Under the pieces are notes generated by a model. The model was not told where the DNA came from and made no database searches. It worked only from the letters and a program-made list of their open reading frames with translations. A DNA stretch of 52,820 nt, the filler included, from Sphacelaria rigidula (Eukaryota): the NCBI GenBank assembly GCA_964200075.2. It is 3 parts of 3 records of this genome, joined end to end, with 100 filler letters (N's around TTAATTAATTAA, not from the genome) between each part and the next. Parts side by side here need not be neighbours in the genome. Positions count along the whole stretch, not along the records: positions 35,283 to 52,820 come from CAXNAA020001050.1; 2 more parts are not named here. One strand, 5' to 3'. The position numbers and the translations under genes are program-made. This document shows positions 49,133 through 52,820 of the stretch, piece after piece. How positions within the stretch are numbered: the first letter of the stretch is position 1; each line of letters opens with the position of its first letter.

Positions 49133-49873
49133 TCATGCCACTTTTCCAGTTCTTACTGAAATTTGAAATCGCTCAAACTTTCTGTTTTTCTTCTCTTGGC
49201 ATCCCGAGAAATATTGCGCGTGGTGATGAAAAAAATGTCGCGTCAAAATTTCATACGTAACTCCTCCGATTTCCCACAGCCCGGCCCCGACACATTCAAA
49301 AAATCTTGTCAGCTGGCCCAGCTCGAAGCATTATTATTTTCTTCAGAGACAAACACGGTGACAATTAAAGCAACTTCGGCAGTCCCACCGGAGACCAGAC
49401 CGTCTCCGTAAAGGTCTGAACACACCACAGCGCAATGACAGCACAGTGAGACAGGACATGTCCTACGTTGTACTTCTCCCCCTGATTTTGAGCGGGCCTT
49501 CAATTTTTGCCGGGTGCTGATTTGAAACGTTGGGCCATGATGAACGCTCGGCCATAATCGTGCTTCGCGCAAAAATCTTTCATTTCACAGTGAGTTACAA
49601 GAGCAGTACCCCTATCATCGGGAGGTGAGCCGCTTGATTAGCCTTGACTAGTGTTCAAAAAAAAATAGGACCCTACACCCCCGAGGCAGCGCATTCAATC
49701 GGGAGCTCTCGGCGCCATAGCATGTAAAAATATTCTCATACGGTGCCGTCACCTTTTACCTCGATAACATTGAGGGTTGCTCTTGCAACTATGTGTATTC
49801 TGAAAGCGCGCCAGAGGGCAAGGGGAAGGGGGGTGTAATACTCCGTCAACATGACGGTACAGCAGTGCCTCAC

Positions 49874-50218
49874 CTTCTGATCCTCATCCCCATCATCATC
49901 GCTCCCGTCCCAGTCTACCTCATCATCATCTTCAACATACGCTCCTTTCCCGCACGACATATCGAAACCCTTGGGAAGCAAGACCCCGTCCCCTTGCAGG
50001 TAGTCCACAACATCTTCAGATAGCTCTAGCACTACGCTGCGCGGGGTGCAGTGCTTGAACAGCGAGTACCAGTGGTTGAACTGGCAGTTCAAGACGTGTT
50101 GTTGTGAGCACCTTGGCTGAGTATCAACACCCCTCTCTATTATTGCTGCCGGCAATGACTGTTGTGGTGTTTTCTCGCCTACTGATGCTGATTCTGACGC
50201 ATCACTGTCTGGTACCAT
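49874..50218 (-). CDS. CDC123: CDC123 (D123 family, eIF2 assembly factor) homolog, coding exon 1
   Basis: MVPDSD...HVLNCQFNHWYSLFKHCTPRSVVLELSEDVVDYLQGDGVLLP followed by an acidic stretch, matching the Cdc123 N-terminus. Ends at AAG|GTGAGG donor, phase 0. Confidence 0.88.
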
Positions 50219-50939
50219 GCTAAACAATATCGCTGCCAGCTGGCTGGCTGTCAGGCTGGAAAGCTACAGTAACACCTGTGTTCCTGACAGGGTATGAACA
50301 TGTCAGACCCGCGATCCAGTTTATGAGATGAACCACCATCAATACGATGATATATCATCATTTGTTTTTCCACAGCTTCCGGGCCCAGACCTCATACAAG
50401 CTGAGAATTTGAAGATTTATTTTTGTCTCACACATAAAAAAAATACGTACCGTTCGCAAGAAGCCTCCCGTCTCCAGAAATTCAACATCACATGATAGGG
50501 TGACCGGGGGGGGTGTTATATACCATCCCGAAATTTCTGCTCCCATTGGGGCGATTCAACTTCCAATCTCCAACGTTCTGCCGATAATCCTCATCAGCTA
50601 TTCTTGAGTTGGCGCCCGTCCGTCGTAATCGCTTTGTTCAGGGGACTGCAATGACGAACGTGAGATATTCTTAAGCACCAAGGAACAGGGGGACTCGTGC
50701 TATTGTTTGTGATGCTCAAAGTAGAACGTTTGTTGGCCTATTCTCTCCCGGTGTTGCTGGCTGTTAAAGGGGGTCTAGACAGGGGAGGTTTCGAATACCT
50801 GTGCCGAGTGACTTGAGCCTCCGCTGTGCCTTGATGAATGCCTCCCTCAGTACTGTGTGTCTGGGTTGCAGTCGACTGACGAGTAAAAGTGTGGCCTGTG
50901 CGGCGCTCTATGTTTGAAGTGACTTGCTCCAACACTCAG

Positions 50940-51147
50940 CGCTGCTCTGAGAGACCCGTGGATTGATAGAGCAGTACTGTACGTGAATCAGTTCGTGCCC
51001 CGTGTGCGATACAAGAATGTCCCACCAAAGCTGGCATCCCGTTACTGCCCCTCCGTTGTCCCACAGGGAGACGATGAGACAACAAGCGAGCACGCGCGTT
51101 CGCTTGCTGCATTCGCGGAGATGCTGGAGTTCCTGCTTATCCGCCTG
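50940..51147 (+). CDS. Probable internal exon of an unidentified gene divergent from CDC123
   Basis: CACTCAG|C acceptor, open frame AALRDPWIDRAVLYVNQFVPRVRYKNVPPKLASRYCPSVV...LAAFAEMLEFLLIRL, strong CTG|GTAAGG donor. No family recognised. Confidence 0.5.
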
Positions 51148-52046
51148 GTAAGGAGAGAGATCTACCATATACACATGCGCTAACATACATGCGCTGCAGG
51201 GTCGTGCAAGTCAGTGCAACGACCAGTACGGTGCAGCAGTGCGGTGCGCACAGGACAAAGAAACAGTACCGTACAGTAGTTGGCAGTAGTAGTTACAGTC
51301 ATGGCAGATCCAAGGGAGGCGCAGGAGAACACTACTGCTGTGCAGCGGTGCAACGAGCGATGCTTGGGGGTACACACGCGAGTCCTTCACACATGTCCTT
51401 GCTCCCGCGCTCCCCGCCCCCGCTCGCTACTCCACTCGAAAATAATCACGACGTGCCTTGCAAAGTGAGCCTTGTTCGAGAGAATCAAGCGACGTTATTT
51501 ACGGTATTTGACTTCATGTATTTCATTCTGTGTGTGACATTCCCAGGCTTTTTATAGGGCGCGTGCATAGTCTAAAGCTGGCGGTCAGACTGCTGCTTGT
51601 GCTACTCGTACATAGCAGTAACGCACCACAGTACCGCATGGTACCGCTGTACTGTTATTGTACCAATGGTTTGGTGTACAACAGTTCACGCATGGGATGA
51701 GCAGTCGTACAGACCCTTCTGGTGTTCCTCTCAATCCGGAAGCTTCCTTGAACCGTGAAACCCCGTCGTTTGCGGAGCGGAGAGTTTGCACTCGCGAAGC
51801 TCTTTGACGCTGGGAGTCCAACAGTCCCCTACAGTCTGTGCATCTGCCACCTCCCCTCGAAATATCTTGCGTTTCTCTCTTGCGATCACTGCAGCGTTCT
51901 GTCTGTGACTGACTGTACTATAAATCTCTGTACTGTCTCTCTGTTGGGGCCCGTTTCAACAAGAGAAGAAAAGTGAGGATGCGCCGTGAGAGTACAAGTG
52001 ATCGTGGCGGTTGCGGTGTTTTGTTTGTGTGTTTCCGGTTGGTAAA

Positions 52047-52732
52047 AGCCGCTTCTTATAATAGTAATGGACAAGAATAAAAATCTGGAAAAGTGTCTTT
52101 TTGGAGCTTTCACGTCGTTTTACGCCCCAAAAGAGAGCTAGGCGGAATTTGACACTTTGGAATGACTTACTCTACCAGTTGAGGCGGTTTCAGCGCATCT
52201 CACCGTTATCCGGTGGCCACAGTTTTCATTTTAACCAAACAAGGATTCTTGTCCAAGAACGGGCACTTTTCTCTGGACTTGACTGTTTTTTACCGTTCTT
52301 GGACAAAAATTATTGTTCGGTCAAAATGAAAACTGTGGCCACCGGATAACTGGAAGATGTGCTGAAACCACCTCAACCCACTTTTCTCTGGACTTGACTG
52401 TTTTTTACCGTTCTTGGACAATAATTCTTGGTAGGTCAAATGAAAACTGTGGCCACCGGATAACGGGAAGATGTGCTGGAACCACCTCAACCCACTTTTC
52501 TCTGGACTTGACTGTTTTTTACCGTTCTTGGACAAAAATTCTTGTTAGGTCAAATGAAAACTGTGGCCACCGGATAACGGGAAGATGTGCTGAAACCGCC
52601 TCAACTGCTAGAGTAAGTCATTCCAAAGTGTCAAATTCCGCGTAGCTTTCTTTTGGGGAGTAAGACGACGTGAAAGCTCCAAAAAGATACTTTTCCAAAA
52701 ATATATATTTTTGTCCATTATAAGGAGCGGCC
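52047..52732. mobile_element. Foldback-like MITE of the same family with an internal 3x ~115-bp tandem repeat
   Basis: GCCGCTTCTTATA...TATAAGGAGCGGC ends and long inverted arms. Units begin CACTTTTCTCTGGAC at 52264, 52379 and 52493. Confidence 0.88.
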
Positions 52733-52750
52733 GTATAAGGCCAACTCTTA

Positions 52751-52820
52751 GGCCGCTTCTTCTAATAGACAAAGATGAAAACCTGGAAAAGTGTCTTTTT
52801 GGAGCTTTTACGTCGTTTCA
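52751..52820. mobile_element. Start of an adjacent copy of the foldback MITE family (runs off window)
   Basis: TA|GGCCGCTTCTT...CTGGAAAAGTGTCTTTTTGGAGCTTTTACGTCG matches 52047-52120. Confidence 0.8.

Noticed and set aside
52264..52606. CRISPR-like array or repeat-protein ORFs
   Set aside because: Whole 115-bp units repeat with no variable spacers; they are part of a MITE arm.

Overview
Eukaryotic, intron- and transposon-rich DNA, most likely from a brown alga or related photosynthetic stramenopile. This is inferred from an LHC precursor with a signal peptide plus ASAFVP plastid-targeting motif and long GT-AG introns. Two 100-nt assembly gaps carry TTAATTAATTAA spacers, so contiguity across them is not guaranteed. 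Genes: (1) a 5-exon fucoxanthin-chlorophyll a/c LHC gene (1317-7145, +) with an acidic loop insertion; (2) a single-exon TPR protein with an acidic tail (11394-12035, +); (3) a ~1440-aa, ~10-exon orphan gene with a disordered N-terminal part and helical C-terminus (~20097-31250, +); (4) the first two exons of a CDC123 homolog (-), separated by a 14-kb intron; (5) weaker candidate exons. The CDC123 intron holds a resolvable transposon nest: a piggyBac-type element, a decayed Ty1/copia element interrupted by a TA-flanked TIR element and by a CAGTG-ended element with a 5-bp TSD, a decayed RTE-like LINE, a tRNA-derived SINE and a fully palindromic MITE. Further MITEs and hairpins lie elsewhere. 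I found no convincing novel multi-gene system. The most notable signals are unusual TE termini/TSD combinations, the nested insertion history, the atypical LHC and the orphan gene.
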